From an uncultured delta proteobacterium (GTDB lineage Bacteria; Desulfobacterota; Binatia; Binatales; Binataceae): a DNA stretch of 64,000 nt. The notes below the pieces were generated by a model that saw only the letters and a program-made list of their open reading frames with translations, was not told where the DNA came from and made no database searches. Made by a program: the position numbers and the translations under genes. Where the stretch lies: the NCBI GenBank assembly GCA_963747845.1, contig CAVVGR010000014.1:4437-68436 (forward strand). Direction: 5' to 3'. Positions 1-12,456 of the stretch are shown here, piece after piece. Within the stretch, counting starts at the first letter, position 1; each line of letters begins with the position of its first letter.

Positions 1-318
1 GTGATCCAAAAGTACCGATTCGGCAGTTTCTTTGTTCCATCAGTGACACATATGTCGACAATTTGTGTTCGTCGAATAGTCATGCTGTCAGCATCGCGAT
101 AGAACAGTTGCCGGGGGAGACAGAAAGCTGTTACGCATCAGGCACAGCATCAGACATAGCACCGCTTTGTTCTGCTACGGCTGCGCGTGGCTCTCGATGC
201 TCGCGCTGATCGCGATGCTCGTGATCGCCGAGACGCTCCAGGGCGAAGCCAAGGTCAGCGACAACCCACTCGACGCCGACGCCGTCGCGAATCTCTACCT
301 GGTCCGGCGCTCGCGCCG

Positions 319-1252
319 CTAGCGCTGCCCGACCCAATCGGCGGGCGCGACCGCACGCCATCGCGCACGAATCGCTTCATACTCGGCCGGCGGCAGCGGT
401 CCCGCGCCGGCATGCGCAATATTCTGCGCAATACGCTCCGGCCGCGTCGTGCCGACGATCGCCGTTGTGACGCCGACAGTACCCAAGCGTAAATCGGAGC
501 GCGACCGCGACCGCGTCCTCGACCCCGCGCCGGATAAAATCGTAATCGAGCTTTTTCAAACGATCCCAGTACGGGCGCGTGTACCAGTCGCCCGGCGGCT
601 GCTTGCCGTTGCGCCACGCCGCATTCGCGATCGGCCGCTTGACGATCACGCCCATCCCGCGCGCCGCCGCCATCGGCAGCACGCGCTCGATCGCCTCCTG
701 ATCCGCGATACTCACCGATATCTGCAGCGTGTCGAACGCGCCGCTTTCGACCGCGTACACCGCTTCGTCCGCGTCGGCGCTGCAGCCCACGAAGCGCGCC
801 TGCCCGCGCTCGCGCGCCTTGTGCAGAACTTCGATCACGCGGCCGTCCTTGAGCGTCGCCAGCGGCGGGCTATGGAACTGCATCAGGTCGACATGGTCGG
901 TGCGCAGGTTCTTGAGACTGCGCTCGATACTGCGTGCGAGCATCGCGGGATGCCAGTCGGGCTGCGCGTATCCCAGCACGCGGTCGGCCACGGATTTAAG
1001 CGGCGCATGCCCGCATTTGGTCATCAGGACGACTTCGGCGCGCCGCCCCGCTATCGCCTTGCCGACCAGCACCTCGCTCTCGGCGTAACACTCGGCGGTA
1101 TCGATCACGTTAATCCCGGCGTCGAGCGCAGTATTGAGAATTTTATCGACGGTCTTCTGCGCAACCGCCTGGTAGCCGATTTCGGAACCGCCCAACCCAA
1201 GAGTGCTGACGCGCAGCCCACTCTTCCCCAGCACGCGATATTCGATTGCCAT
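319..1252 (-). CDS. aldo/keto reductase family oxidoreductase; 3' end disrupted by an apparent 1-bp insertion near 478-482 (the ORF-track frame ends at 377, the homologous C-terminus reads in the frame ending at 319)
   Basis: Translation from the ATG at 1252 (MAIEYRVLGKSGLRVSTLGLGGSEIG...DTAECYAESE) matches AKR N-terminal motifs. After RFTLG the conserved C-terminus (TVGVTTAIVGTTRPERIAQNIAHAGAGPLPPAEYEAIRARW) continues only in the -1 frame. Confidence 0.8.
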
Positions 1253-1520
1253 AACTTCCGAACACTTATGCGCAGCAAACAACCGAAGCAAAGTAATTTC
1301 CGCTGTCTCTTTCCATGAAATTGCCTCGCCCCACGAGGGGAGAGGCCGACGCGCGTCCACGCGCGCGCGGGTGATCGCGATTCCGAATTTCTCGTGACAT
1401 CTGAACGAAATGTCCTTCGCGCCGTGAAACGTTCGGTGTCTGTGCACTCCTCTGCAGGAAATGACGCGACCTCCTGTCTTCTGACGAAAATTCGCAACGT
1501 AATTTCGCGTCTGCGCACCC

Positions 1521-1557
1521 ACAAAACAAAAGGCCGGACGCTTTCGCATCCGGCCCT
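1521..1557 (-). terminator. Rho-independent terminator downstream of hppA
   Basis: On the minus strand a 10-bp GC stem (GGCCGGAUGC/GCGUCCGGCC, GAAA loop) is followed by UUUUGUUUUGU, immediately 3' of the hppA stop. Confidence 0.6.
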
Positions 1558-1582
1558 TCGAGCATTTCGCTCTGTGCTATCC

Positions 1583-3856
1583 CTATGCGGCCTGCTTGGT
1601 CTCGATTGCCAGGCTCTCCTCTGCGATCGATCCGCGCTTGGAGAAAATCACCGCGACCGAAAGTGCGATGATCGACAGCACGACCACAGTCACCCGGATC
1701 GGCGTCACTCCGCCGAGCGCGACCGTCGTAAACGGCGCCGCCAGAATAGCGACCAGGTTCATCACCTTGATCATCGGGTTGAGCGCCGGCCCCGCCGTGT
1801 CCTTGAACGGGTCGCCGACCGTGTCGCCCACGACCGACGCCTTGTGCACGTCGGTGCCCTTGCCGCCGAGGTAGCCGTCCTCGACTTTTTTCTTGGCGTT
1901 ATCCCAGTTCGCGCCCGCATTCGACATGAAGACCGCCATCAACTGGCCCGTCAGGATCGTGCCGCCGAGGAATCCGCCGAGCGCGCCCGCGCCCAGCCCG
2001 AAGCCGACCAGCAGCGGCGAGAAGATCGCGAGGATTCCGGGGCCGAGCAGCTCTTTCTGCGACGCCGCCGTGACGATATCGACGCATGCGCCGTAGTCGG
2101 GCAGCTCTTTGCCCTCCATGATTCCCGGATGCGTCCGCAACTGGCGCCGCACCTCGAACACGATCTGATACGCCGCGCGGCTGACCGCCTTAATCGCAAA
2201 CGAGCTGAACAGGAACGGCACCGCGCCGCCGATCATCAGGCCAACGAACACGGTCGGCATGTTGATCTGCACGCCAATCGCGCCGAGATGCGCCTCGTCG
2301 ATAAACGATCTGAACAGCGAGACCGCGGCGAGCACCGCCGTCGCAATCGCCAGGCCCTTGGTCAGCGCCTTGGTCGTGTTGCCGATCGCGTCCATCCACG
2401 ACAGCGTCTTCGACGCCTCCTCCTGATGGATTCCGCCCATCTCGAAGATGCCGTGGGCGTTGTCGGTGATCGGTCCGTAGGTGTCCATCGCGAGGATGAA
2501 GCCGGTGGTCGTCAGCAGGCCGAGCCCGGTGAGCGCGATTCCGTAAAACTGCAGCGCGAGCGACTCATGGAAAATCGCCATCGCGCCGATAATCGCCGCC
2601 GCAATCACCAGCAGCGCCCAGACCGACGACTCGAGCCCTTCGGCCATACCCGACAGGATCAAGGTTGCCGGGCCCGTGCGCGCCGCCATCGCGGTTTCGG
2701 TGACGGGGCCTTTATCAGGATGGGTAAAATAGTTGGTGAGCCACAGCGTCACGACCGCGAGAATAATCCCGAGCGACGCGCAGCAGGCGAAGCGCCAGTC
2801 GGTCGCGCCGGTGCGCGGGTCGTCGAGGTAGAGATAGTTCACGACGAAGAATCCGATCACCGAAGCAATCGCCGACGTCATGTAGCCGATGTTGATCGGG
2901 CGCATCGGGTCGAGCATTTTGCCCGCCGGCACCCGCACCGCCATGATTCCGATGATCGACGAGAACACGCCGACGCCGCGCAGGATCAGCGCGAACATGA
3001 TGAGCTTGACCGCGAACGCGCCCGCGTACTGGCCGTAGGCGGCGATAAAGTCCGACTCCTGCAGCGCGTAGGCCGCCAGGATGATCGCGGCGACCAGCGT
3101 CACCTCGTACGACTCGAAGACGTCGGCCGCCATCCCGGCGCAGTCGCCGACGTTGTCGCCCACGTTGTCGGCGATCGTCGCGGGATTGCGCGGGTCGTCC
3201 TCGGGCAGGTCCTGCTCGATTTTGCCGACCAGGTCGCCGCCGACGTCTGCCGCCTTGGTGTAGATTCCGCCGCCGACGCGCATGAACAGCGCCGCCAGCG
3301 ATCCGCCGAAGCCGAAGCCGACCAGCACCTTCATCGCGTTTTCGCGAAACACCAGGAAGATGATCGTCGCGCCGAGCAGTCCGAGGCCGACCGTGAACAT
3401 CCCCGACACGCCGCCCGCCTTGAACGCGAGTTCCATCGCATCCTTGAAGCTGGTCAGCGCGGCGTTGGCGCTGCGGACGTTGCCCTTGACCGCGAGCCAC
3501 ATGCCGACGTAGCCGGCGCCGTAGGAGGCCGCCACGCCCATCAGGAAGGCGATCGAGATTCCGAGCGGCAGGTACAGGCCGTCATAGACGTTGCGGTACA
3601 TGAAAAACAGCGCGATAAAGATCGCGCCGACGAACCAGATCATGGTTTTGACCTGGCGCCCGAGGTAGGCCATCGCGCCGAGCTCGATCGCGTCGGACAC
3701 GTCGGTCAAGGATTTGGGTCCGGGGTCGGCGGCCAGCACTACGCGGATCAACACGACCCCGTAGGCCAGCGCGACCAGCGCCGAGACCAGCACCAGCCAG
3801 AGGATCATTACCTGTCCGCCGGTTAAAGTGGGCAGAACGATATTCGCTTCGCTCAT
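1583..3856 (-). CDS. hppA: membrane-bound proton-translocating pyrophosphatase (H+-PPase)
   Basis: 757-aa polytopic ORF. N-terminus MSEANIVLPTLTGGQ and motifs GGGIYTKAADVGGDLVGK, DNVGDNVGDCAGMAADVFESY are H+-PPase signatures. Confidence 0.95.
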   Translation of the reverse strand: MSEANIVLPTLTGGQVMILWLVLVSALVALAYGVVLIRVVLAADPGPKSLTDVSDAIELGAMAYLGRQVKTMIWFVGAIFIALFFMYRNVYDGLYLPLGISIAFLMGVAASYGAGYVGMWLAVKGNVRSANAALTSFKDAMELAFKAGGVSGMFTVGLGLLGATIIFLVFRENAMKVLVGFGFGGSLAALFMRVGGGIYTKAADVGGDLVGKIEQDLPEDDPRNPATIADNVGDNVGDCAGMAADVFESYEVTLVAAIILAAYALQESDFIAAYGQYAGAFAVKLIMFALILRGVGVFSSIIGIMAVRVPAGKMLDPMRPINIGYMTSAIASVIGFFVVNYLYLDDPRTGATDWRFACCASLGIILAVVTLWLTNYFTHPDKGPVTETAMAARTGPATLILSGMAEGLESSVWALLVIAAAIIGAMAIFHESLALQFYGIALTGLGLLTTTGFILAMDTYGPITDNAHGIFEMGGIHQEEASKTLSWMDAIGNTTKALTKGLAIATAVLAAVSLFRSFIDEAHLGAIGVQINMPTVFVGLMIGGAVPFLFSSFAIKAVSRAAYQIVFEVRRQLRTHPGIMEGKELPDYGACVDIVTAASQKELLGPGILAIFSPLLVGFGLGAGALGGFLGGTILTGQLMAVFMSNAGANWDNAKKKVEDGYLGGKGTDVHKASVVGDTVGDPFKDTAGPALNPMIKVMNLVAILAAPFTTVALGGVTPIRVTVVVLSIIALSVAVIFSKRGSIAEESLAIETKQAA

Positions 3857-4059
3857 CGCAATCCGAGTCTCCTGAAAGGTCGAGGTTTATTTAGGGGCGG
3901 CGCCCGCTGTGCAATTGAATCAGTGAATACGCCGATAGTAGCCGGGCGATTAGCCTCTCTGGGTATCTGGCGCAGTCTAGGTTTTCCTGAAACCGAAGTC
4001 CAGTTATCGCAGGGGTACCCGAGGCGCGATCGTGGTCATTATTCACCAACACAAAACCC

Positions 4060-4560
4060 GAACCCGATAACGCGCCCCCTGATTCCCGGCTATCCGGTTC
4101 CCCTTCCACCAGGGGAAGGGGTTAGCGGTTAGGTCGCCCGCATCATTCGCAACGCCAACCCACCATCTCTTTGCACCATCCTGCCGAAGCGAGCGACGCG
4201 AGCGATGCTGTCATCCTGACGACCCGAGCATCGCGAGGGGAGCAAGGACCTCGGACAGCTTCGCGTGAGCGAAGCCGGTTCCGGTTTCCGAAAATCGCGC
4301 AGCGCTCCTTACTCTTCTGCCGCCGGCGCGCGAGCGCGACGAATTCTCATCGGAAGGCAGCAACGCAAACCGGAACCGGCGGCGCTTGCGCGCCGCTGTC
4401 CGAGATCCTTCCATCCGCTCGCGTTCGCTCGCTCCGTCAGGATGACAAAAAAAGAGCGTCGCGAATGATGCGAGCGACCTAACCGCTTCCCCTGGTGGAA
4501 GGGGAACCGGATGGGGAGAGAACCCCTTCCCGCGCGGGAAGGGGAACCGGATAAGAAAGA
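4060..4560. repeat. ~500-bp imperfect long palindrome (MITE-like) in the hppA-tig intergenic region, built from GC-rich hairpin units
   Basis: Left arm 4090-4330 aligns to the reverse complement of 4330-4560 with a few indels, around a palindromic centre CGCCGGCGCGCGAGCGCGAC. The ends carry CCGGTTCCCCTTCC-loop-GGAAGGGG hairpins followed by TTAGCGGTTAGGTCGC. Confidence 0.55.
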
Positions 4561-4843
4561 AATTCTGCTTGACGTCACAGAACCGCTCACCTAACCTCTC
4601 CCGTGAAATAATGGGCGACGGGATTCGCGACCAGCACATCCTCTCCCCAGCCCCATGGCAGAGCGAAAGCGCGTCCGCGCGATTTCGCTCTTGTTCTTAA
4701 TCACTGGGTGCAGGGGTCACCCCTGCCCAGGGAGGTGTGGAACCCACGGCGGGTTCCACATTTAATTGTAATTCCGCTCCTCCTGCGCGCTCCTCGGTTG
4801 ATTCCCGCGACTGCGATATGTTTATCTGTGAAGTTCAACTGCC

Positions 4844-6211
4844 ATGAATGTAAATATCGAAGAACCCAACGGTCTCCGGCGCAAACTTACGATTGAAGTC
4901 GAACCCGACGAAATCAAGCATGAGCTGGATCGCGCTTACAACGAACTCAAACGCGGCGTCGTGCTCAAGGGCTTTCGCCCCGGCCATGCGCCGCGCAACC
5001 TGCTCGAACGTTTCTTCGGCGAGCAGGTCCGCGGCGAGGTAGTTCAGAAACTCGTCGAGGAATACACGAAGAAGGCGCTCGAGGAGCATGACCTCAAGCC
5101 CGTGCTCGCGCCCGAAATCGTGACCGAGCAGACCGACCTGCAGAAGGACCTCGCGCTCAAGTTCAGCGCGACCTTCGACCTGCGCCCGACTATCGAGGTC
5201 AAGGATTACGAGGGCCTCAAGGTGCCCGAGTCCACGGTCGAGGTCACCGACGCGCAGGTCGAAGAAGCGATCGAGCGGTTTCGCGTGCGGCAGGCGACGC
5301 TCAAGAAGATCGAGGATCGCACCATCGTCGAGGAAGGCGACTACGCGCTCGCAACGGTCGAGGCGTTCGAGGACGGCAAGCCGATGTCGGCCACGAAAAC
5401 CGAAGACCGGCTGGTCGAAGTTTCCGAGCGCTCGCTTGCGCATGGCGTCCACGAGGCGCTGATCGGCGGCGAAATCGGCAAAGAGATGAAGGCGTCGAAG
5501 ACCTATCCTGCCGATTACAGCCAGAAAGAGCTGGCGGGGAAGACCGTCGAATGGCGCGCGACTCCGAAAGAAATCTACCGGCGCGAGCTGCCGACCGTCG
5601 ACGACGACTTCGCCAAGGATCTCGGCGACGAGAACCTCGAGGCGTTCCGCACCCGCGTCCGCACCGAGCTGCTCGCGCATGCGCAGCAGGAGGCCGACGC
5701 GCGCGTCCGCCAGGGCCTGCTCGATCTCGTGATCGAGCGCAACCCGGTCGAGCTGCCCGAGTCGCTGGTCGCGCGCGAGCAGAGCGCGATGGAAGCCGAG
5801 CTGCATCAGACGCTCGAAGCGGGCGGCCTCTCGCATGAGGACGCGACCGAGCGGGTCAAGCAGAGTGCCGACGACCTGAAGACGCGGGCCGAGAAGCGCG
5901 CGCGCACGGCGCTGATCGTCGACGCGCTGGCCGATCAGGAGAAGATCGAAGTCGATGACGAGGCGTTGGGCGACCGGGTGGCGGAGATTGTCACCCAGAG
6001 CGGACGCAATCGCGACCGCGCCGCCGAATTCTATCGCAAGGAAGAGAGCCGCGAGGCGCTGCGCCAGTCAATGCGCCGGGAAAAGGCGCTCGACTTCATC
6101 CTGAGCCGCGCTCAGCGCGAACAAACCGCTCCAGAAGCCAGTCCAGGAGCATCTGCCGAGTCAGAAGCTCCCGCCGAGCCGCGTGAAGACGGTGCATCTG
6201 AGCAAAAGTAG
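4844..6211 (+). CDS. tig: trigger factor (ribosome-associated peptidyl-prolyl isomerase chaperone)
   Basis: 455-aa ORF (MNVNIEEPNGLRRKLTIEVEPDEI...GFRPGHAPR). Conserved position upstream of clpP-clpX. Confidence 0.93.
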   Translation: MNVNIEEPNGLRRKLTIEVEPDEIKHELDRAYNELKRGVVLKGFRPGHAPRNLLERFFGEQVRGEVVQKLVEEYTKKALEEHDLKPVLAPEIVTEQTDLQKDLALKFSATFDLRPTIEVKDYEGLKVPESTVEVTDAQVEEAIERFRVRQATLKKIEDRTIVEEGDYALATVEAFEDGKPMSATKTEDRLVEVSERSLAHGVHEALIGGEIGKEMKASKTYPADYSQKELAGKTVEWRATPKEIYRRELPTVDDDFAKDLGDENLEAFRTRVRTELLAHAQQEADARVRQGLLDLVIERNPVELPESLVAREQSAMEAELHQTLEAGGLSHEDATERVKQSADDLKTRAEKRARTALIVDALADQEKIEVDDEALGDRVAEIVTQSGRNRDRAAEFYRKEESREALRQSMRREKALDFILSRAQREQTAPEASPGASAESEAPAEPREDGASEQK

Positions 6212-6337
6212 CATCGTCGCCACGCTCTTCTGCGCCAATCGCGGTTGCTCGACCATTTCACAGACGTTACAATTTGAAGGCGTCAGCGGCCTTCTCTCAA
6301 TCGTCGTCGGATCCTGGCTGTGGCGCGGGTCGGATTA

Positions 6338-6934
6338 ATGAGCAACCTGGTACCGATGGTGGTTGAACAGACGGGGCGCGGCGAGCGTGCTTACGATATC
6401 TACTCTCGCCTGCTTAAGGACCGCATCGTCTTTCTCGGCACCGAAGTAAATGACGACGTCGCCAACCTGATCACGGCGCAGTTCCTGTTCCTCGAGTCCG
6501 AAGATCCCGAAAAAGAGATCAACTTCTACATCAATTCGCCGGGCGGCTCGGTGACGGCCGGGATGGCGATTTACGACACGATGGAGTTCATCCGGCCGCC
6601 GGTCTCGACCCTGTGCATGGGCCAGGCGGCGAGCATGGCCGCGATTCTGCTCCTGGCCGGTGCGAAGGGACGGCGCTACGCGCTGCCCCATTCGCGAATC
6701 GTGATGCATCAGCCGCTCGGCGGGATGCGCGGTCAGGCGAGCGACCTTGATATACACGCGAAGGAAATTCTGCACGCGCGGGAGGACATCAACAACATCA
6801 TAATGAAGCATACCGGACAGAATTTGCGAAAGATTGAGAAGGACACCGACCGCGATTACTTCATGTCGCCGCAGCAAGCGGTTGAATACGGCATCATTGA
6901 TGAGGTAATCGTTAGCCGAAGGCCCTCCAAGTGA
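6338..6934 (+). CDS. clpP: ATP-dependent Clp protease proteolytic subunit
   Basis: [34 protein letters not shown]...GQAASMAA...HQPLGG fits the ClpP Ser/His catalytic context. The ORF track starts at a GTG at 6320; the ATG at 6338 gives the canonical N-terminus. Confidence 0.93.
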   Translation: MSNLVPMVVEQTGRGERAYDIYSRLLKDRIVFLGTEVNDDVANLITAQFLFLESEDPEKEINFYINSPGGSVTAGMAIYDTMEFIRPPVSTLCMGQAASMAAILLLAGAKGRRYALPHSRIVMHQPLGGMRGQASDLDIHAKEILHAREDINNIIMKHTGQNLRKIEKDTDRDYFMSPQQAVEYGIIDEVIVSRRPSK

Positions 6935-6949
6935 GCCGCGGGAGGCACT

Positions 6950-8200
<1,251 letters not shown>

Positions 8201-8224
8201 CTCGGGAGACTTGAGATCTACAAG

Positions 8225-10699
8225 ATGCTTTTTCGCAATGACAAAAAAGATAATCGCGATGCAACGACGAACGTGGTCCCATTGTTCCCGTTGCGCGAAC
8301 TGATCGTATTCCCACATGAAGTCTATCCAATCTTCGTCGGCCGCCAGAAGTCGATAAAGGCTCTGGAAGCCGCCGAGGCGAAGAAGACGCCGATCCTGCT
8401 GGTGACCCAGAAGGATCCCAAGGTGGCTGAACCCGCGCCCGGCGACCTCTACACGGTCGGCACGCTCGGCGTGGTGGTGCAGCTGCTGCGCCTGCCCGAC
8501 GGCACCGTCAAGGCGCTGGTCGAAGGCAAGAAGCGCGCGCGCGTAATCCGTTACGTCGCCGACGAGGAATATTTCCAGGTCGAGGCCGAAGAAATCGAGG
8601 AGGTCAACGACCGCGGCACCGAAGTCGAAGCGTTGATGCGCTCGGTGGTCTCGACTTTCGACAACTACGCGCGGCTCAACAAGAAGATTCCGCCCGAGAT
8701 GGTCACTTCGATCGCGGCGGTCGACGATCCCGCGTTCCTGGCCGACAAGCTGGTCGGACATCTGGGCATCAAGCTCGAAGACAAGCAGGCGTTGCTCGAA
8801 TCGACCAACCCGGCCGAGCGGCTCGAGAAGATTCTCGGCTACATGCGCTCGGAGCTGGAGATTCTCGAGGTCGAAAAACGCATCCGCTCGCGCGTCAAGA
8901 AGCAGATGGAGAAGACGTCCAAGGAGTACTACCTCAACGAGCAGATGCGCGCGATTCAGAAGGAGCTCGGCGAGAAGGACGAATTCAAAAACGAGATTCA
9001 GGAGTTGGAAGAAAAACTTAGGCAGAAGAAGATGCCGGCCGAGGCGCGCGAGAAGTGCGAGCGCGAGATCAAGAAGCTCAAGATGATGTCGCCGATGTCG
9101 GCCGAGGCCACCGTCGTGCGCAACTATCTCGACTGGTTCCTCGCGCTGCCGTGGTTCGAGTACACCGAAGACAAGCTCGACATCAAGGAAGCCGAGCGCG
9201 TGCTCGAGGAAGATCACTACGGACTGGAGAAGGTCAAACAGCGCATCCTCGAGTACCTCGCGGTTGAGACGCTGGTCGGCCAGATGAAGGGACCGATTCT
9301 GTGCCTGGTCGGACCTCCGGGCGTCGGCAAAACCTCGCTCGGCAAGTCGGTGGCGCGCGCGACCGGACGCAAGTTCGTGCGCGTGTCGCTTGGCGGCGTG
9401 CGCGACGAGGCGGAAATCCGCGGCCATCGCCGGACTTACATCGGCGCCCTGCCCGGCAAGGTAATCCAGTCGGTGCGCAAGGCGGGATCGTCGAATCCCG
9501 TGCTGCTGTTCGACGAAGTGGACAAGATGTCGACTGACTTCCGCGGCGATCCGTCGTCGGCGCTGCTCGAAGTGCTCGATCCCGAGCAGAACTGCACCTT
9601 CAACGATCACTATCTCGACTGCGATTACGATTTGTCGAAAGTGATGTTCATCACGACGGCGAATACGCTCGACCGGATTCCGCGGCCGCTGCAGGACAGG
9701 ATGGAAGTCATCCGGATTCCCGGCTACACGGAAACGGAGAAGCTCAACATCGCGAAAAAGTACCTGCTGAAGAAGCAGCAGGAGGCCAACGGGCTGCGGC
9801 CGGAGAACATCGAGGTGTCCGACGGCGCAATCCAGGGCATCATCCGCCATTACACGCGCGAGGCGGGCGTCAGAAATCTCGAGCGCGAGCTCGCGTCCAT
9901 CTGCCGCAAGGTTGCGGTCGAAGTCGTCAAGACCGATCGCAATGCGCACGTCAAGGTTTCGAGCTCGAGCCTGTCGAAGTATCTCGGCGTGCCGAAGTTC
10001 CGCTACGGCACGGCGGAGACCGTACCGCAGGTGGGAGTCGCCACGGGCCTGGCATGGACCGAGATGGGCGGCGAGCTGCTCAGCGTCGAGGTGACGATAG
10101 TGCCGGGACGCGGCAAGCTGACCATCACCGGGCAGCTCGGCGACGTGATGCAGGAATCGGCGCAGGCGGCGCTTTCGTACGTGCGTTCGCGGGCCGAAGT
10201 GCTCGGACTCGATCGCCAGTTCTATCATCGGATCGACATTCACATTCACATTCCCGAAGGCGCGATTCCCAAGGACGGACCGTCGGCAGGAATCACGCTC
10301 GCGACGGCGCTGGTGTCGGCGCTCACGCGCTCGCCGATTCGCAACGACCTTGCGATGACCGGCGAGATAACGCTGCGCGGCCGCGTGCTGCCCATCGGCG
10401 GGCTCAAGGAAAAGGTGCTCGCGGCGCATCGCGGCGGTATCAAGACCATCGTGATGCCCAAGGACAACAACAAGGACATCGAGGAGATTCCGCCGCAGAT
10501 AATGAAGGGCATCACGTTGATCCAGGTCGATCACATGGACGAGGTGCTCAAACATGCACTCGTGCTGACTGACCCGGATACGTTCTTCAAGCCGGGCAAG
10601 GGCGAGAGCGACCTCGCGTTCCTGCGCGAGCCGGAGCCGAAGATGCCGATGACGCCGGGGGACGAGGACGACACGACGGTCTCGACGAACTTGTCGTAA
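8225..10699 (+). CDS. lon: ATP-dependent Lon protease
   Basis: 824-aa ORF with Lon N domain, AAA+ Walker [10 protein letters not shown], and C-terminal protease domain ([10 protein letters not shown]...). Confidence 0.95.
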   Translation: MLFRNDKKDNRDATTNVVPLFPLRELIVFPHEVYPIFVGRQKSIKALEAAEAKKTPILLVTQKDPKVAEPAPGDLYTVGTLGVVVQLLRLPDGTVKALVEGKKRARVIRYVADEEYFQVEAEEIEEVNDRGTEVEALMRSVVSTFDNYARLNKKIPPEMVTSIAAVDDPAFLADKLVGHLGIKLEDKQALLESTNPAERLEKILGYMRSELEILEVEKRIRSRVKKQMEKTSKEYYLNEQMRAIQKELGEKDEFKNEIQELEEKLRQKKMPAEAREKCEREIKKLKMMSPMSAEATVVRNYLDWFLALPWFEYTEDKLDIKEAERVLEEDHYGLEKVKQRILEYLAVETLVGQMKGPILCLVGPPGVGKTSLGKSVARATGRKFVRVSLGGVRDEAEIRGHRRTYIGALPGKVIQSVRKAGSSNPVLLFDEVDKMSTDFRGDPSSALLEVLDPEQNCTFNDHYLDCDYDLSKVMFITTANTLDRIPRPLQDRMEVIRIPGYTETEKLNIAKKYLLKKQQEANGLRPENIEVSDGAIQGIIRHYTREAGVRNLERELASICRKVAVEVVKTDRNAHVKVSSSSLSKYLGVPKFRYGTAETVPQVGVATGLAWTEMGGELLSVEVTIVPGRGKLTITGQLGDVMQESAQAALSYVRSRAEVLGLDRQFYHRIDIHIHIPEGAIPKDGPSAGITLATALVSALTRSPIRNDLAMTGEITLRGRVLPIGGLKEKVLAAHRGGIKTIVMPKDNNKDIEEIPPQIMKGITLIQVDHMDEVLKHALVLTDPDTFFKPGKGESDLAFLREPEPKMPMTPGDEDDTTVSTNLS

Positions 10700-10796
10700 G
10701 AATTGCGCGGGGGACACCGCGCGCTGCGGGGGGACCGCATGCGCGCGGCTCAAATATGCGGTCGCGAATTAGCGGCGGGACCGCCGAAGGTTACAT

Positions 10797-11108
10797 ATGA
10801 CCAAGGCTGAACTTATTGAAGCGTTGTCAAACAAGCTTCCCCTCAACAAGGCCGATGCCGAACGCGCAATCAATATCGTGCTCGACGACGTCATAGCCGC
10901 GCTGCGCCAGGGCGAGCGCGTGAACATTTCAGGTTTCGGAACGTTTTCAGTATCGGAACGGCAGGCGCGCACCGGGCGCAATCCCAAGACCGGCGAATCG
11001 ATCGAGATAGCGGCGAGCCGGTCGGCAAAGTTCAAGCCGGGCAAGCAGTTGAAGGACTCGCTCAACGAAAGCGCGGGCGCGGCGCCGGCGTCGCCGTCGG
11101 GTTCGTAA
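10797..11108 (+). CDS. hupB: HU family DNA-binding protein
   Basis: MTKAELIEALSNK...FGTFSVSERQARTGRNPKTGESIEI is the HU beta-arm signature. Canonical position downstream of lon. Confidence 0.9.
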   Translation: MTKAELIEALSNKLPLNKADAERAINIVLDDVIAALRQGERVNISGFGTFSVSERQARTGRNPKTGESIEIAASRSAKFKPGKQLKDSLNESAGAAPASPSGS

Positions 11109-11149
11109 GCGGCAGCGGGATTCTCGCAACCAGGCAGGGTTCAAACGGG

Positions 11150-11189
11150 CGGCCCGTGTGTCGATGACACATGAGGCCGTCTTTTTTTG
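11150..11189 (+). terminator. putative intrinsic terminator downstream of hupB
   Basis: Hairpin GTGTC-GAT-GACAC plus flanking GGCGGCC/GGCCGTC stem, then a 7-T run (11182-11188). Confidence 0.5.
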
Positions 11190-11205
11190 CTAGCATTTCG
11201 GGCGC

Positions 11206-11280
11206 GGGCGGTTAGCTCAGTGGTAGAGCATCGGCCTTACAAGCCGGGGGTCGCAGGTTCGAAACCTGCACCGCCCACCA
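11206..11280 (+). tRNA. tRNA-Val (anticodon TAC)
   Basis: Cloverleaf drawn by hand: acceptor GGGCGGT/ACCGCCC, D-arm GCTCAGTGGTAGAGC, anticodon loop CTTACAA, T-arm GCAGG-TTCGAAA-CCTGC, discriminator A, encoded CCA. Confidence 0.85.
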
Positions 11281-11447
11281 GTGATATCAATTGTAAGCCT
11301 GGATCGCGCGCGACATGCATCAACTCAACTCACCGTTCAGGCAGTCCGATGTATTGCAAGTCCGTCAACCCCTTCTCGTCCGCACGGCGATCTCGTAGTT
11401 CGTAGTATCCTGTGCCGGCGACACCCCTCGGCGGCCAGAGGTGATAC

Positions 11448-12446
11448 ATGGGAAATTCAGTGTCCGGTCATCGCGAGGTAACCGTTATGACCGTGAACGT
11501 CTACTTCGGGACGGACCTGGGGGTCCTGTTCGCTGCTAAAGATTTGCCAGAGCTGCTGGAGGGGGTCGGGAATGCGTGGGCCGAGGTTCAAGCCACTGAC
11601 ATCCCTGGCCGAGCCGCGAGCATCGCGCACGAGATAGCCTCGGCCACGCCGGACGTGGTGAGCTTGCAGGAGGTCGTACAATGGTCGACGGGAGCGCCCG
11701 GTGCGATGTCGCCGAAGTTCGATTTTCTCCTGCTTATTCTTGAAGCGCTTCGGAACGAGGGCTGCTTCTACACACCGATCGCCATCAGCAAGGATCTCGA
11801 TCAGTCGGGGCCACTCGACACCAATGGTAATTTCGCGCGGATCGAAGATCGCCACGCGGTGCTTATCAGGATCGAACCGCCTCCTACGAAGGTGCGTCCG
11901 TATAACGCCCAGACACACGCTTTTTCGAAAGTGTTTGCAATCGGAAGCCCGCTCCTGGGATCGCTGACGGTGCCGCGAAGCTGGATTGCGGTTGACGCCA
12001 TGCTCGATGACAGGAAATTTCGGCTCGTGGAGACCCATCTCGAATCGATGGATGAGGCGGTGCAGTTGGCGCAGGAAAGGGAATTGGTTGCCGCACTCGC
12101 CAGCACCGAGTCCCCGATTATCGTCATCGGGGATTTCAATTCGAACGGAAATCAGCAGCCCGGCGTGCCCGACAATACTGCGACCTATCCTGAGCTGCTC
12201 GCCGCGGGATTTAGCGACGCCTGGGCCGCAGTGAATCGCGACGATCCCGGCAATACCTGCTGCCATGCGGCTGATCTACGCAACTCGGTCTCGGCGCTCA
12301 ACCGCCGCCTCGATTTCATTCTTACGCGCGGCGCAATCACGCCACTTTCGGCGAGGCTGGTTGCGGCGGAACCAGCCGCTCGCACCCCATCGGGACTATG
12401 GCCCACCGACCACGCCGGCCTGCTCGCGAAACTGCGCTTCGACTAG
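11448..12446 (+). CDS. endonuclease/exonuclease/phosphatase (EEP) family protein
   Basis: 332-aa ORF with EEP-like catalytic motifs (VNVYFGTD..., IVIGDFNS, PTDHAGLLA). Exact start uncertain. Confidence 0.6.
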   Translation: MGNSVSGHREVTVMTVNVYFGTDLGVLFAAKDLPELLEGVGNAWAEVQATDIPGRAASIAHEIASATPDVVSLQEVVQWSTGAPGAMSPKFDFLLLILEALRNEGCFYTPIAISKDLDQSGPLDTNGNFARIEDRHAVLIRIEPPPTKVRPYNAQTHAFSKVFAIGSPLLGSLTVPRSWIAVDAMLDDRKFRLVETHLESMDEAVQLAQERELVAALASTESPIIVIGDFNSNGNQQPGVPDNTATYPELLAAGFSDAWAAVNRDDPGNTCCHAADLRNSVSALNRRLDFILTRGAITPLSARLVAAEPAARTPSGLWPTDHAGLLAKLRFD

Positions 12447-12456
12447 CACCATCCGT

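Noticed and set aside
1394-3826. 810-aa plus-strand ORF
   Set aside because: Antisense shadow of hppA. Arg/Asp/His-rich low-complexity translation typical of high-GC reverse frames, with no start context.
4835-5836. 333-aa minus-strand ORF
   Set aside because: Antisense to tig.
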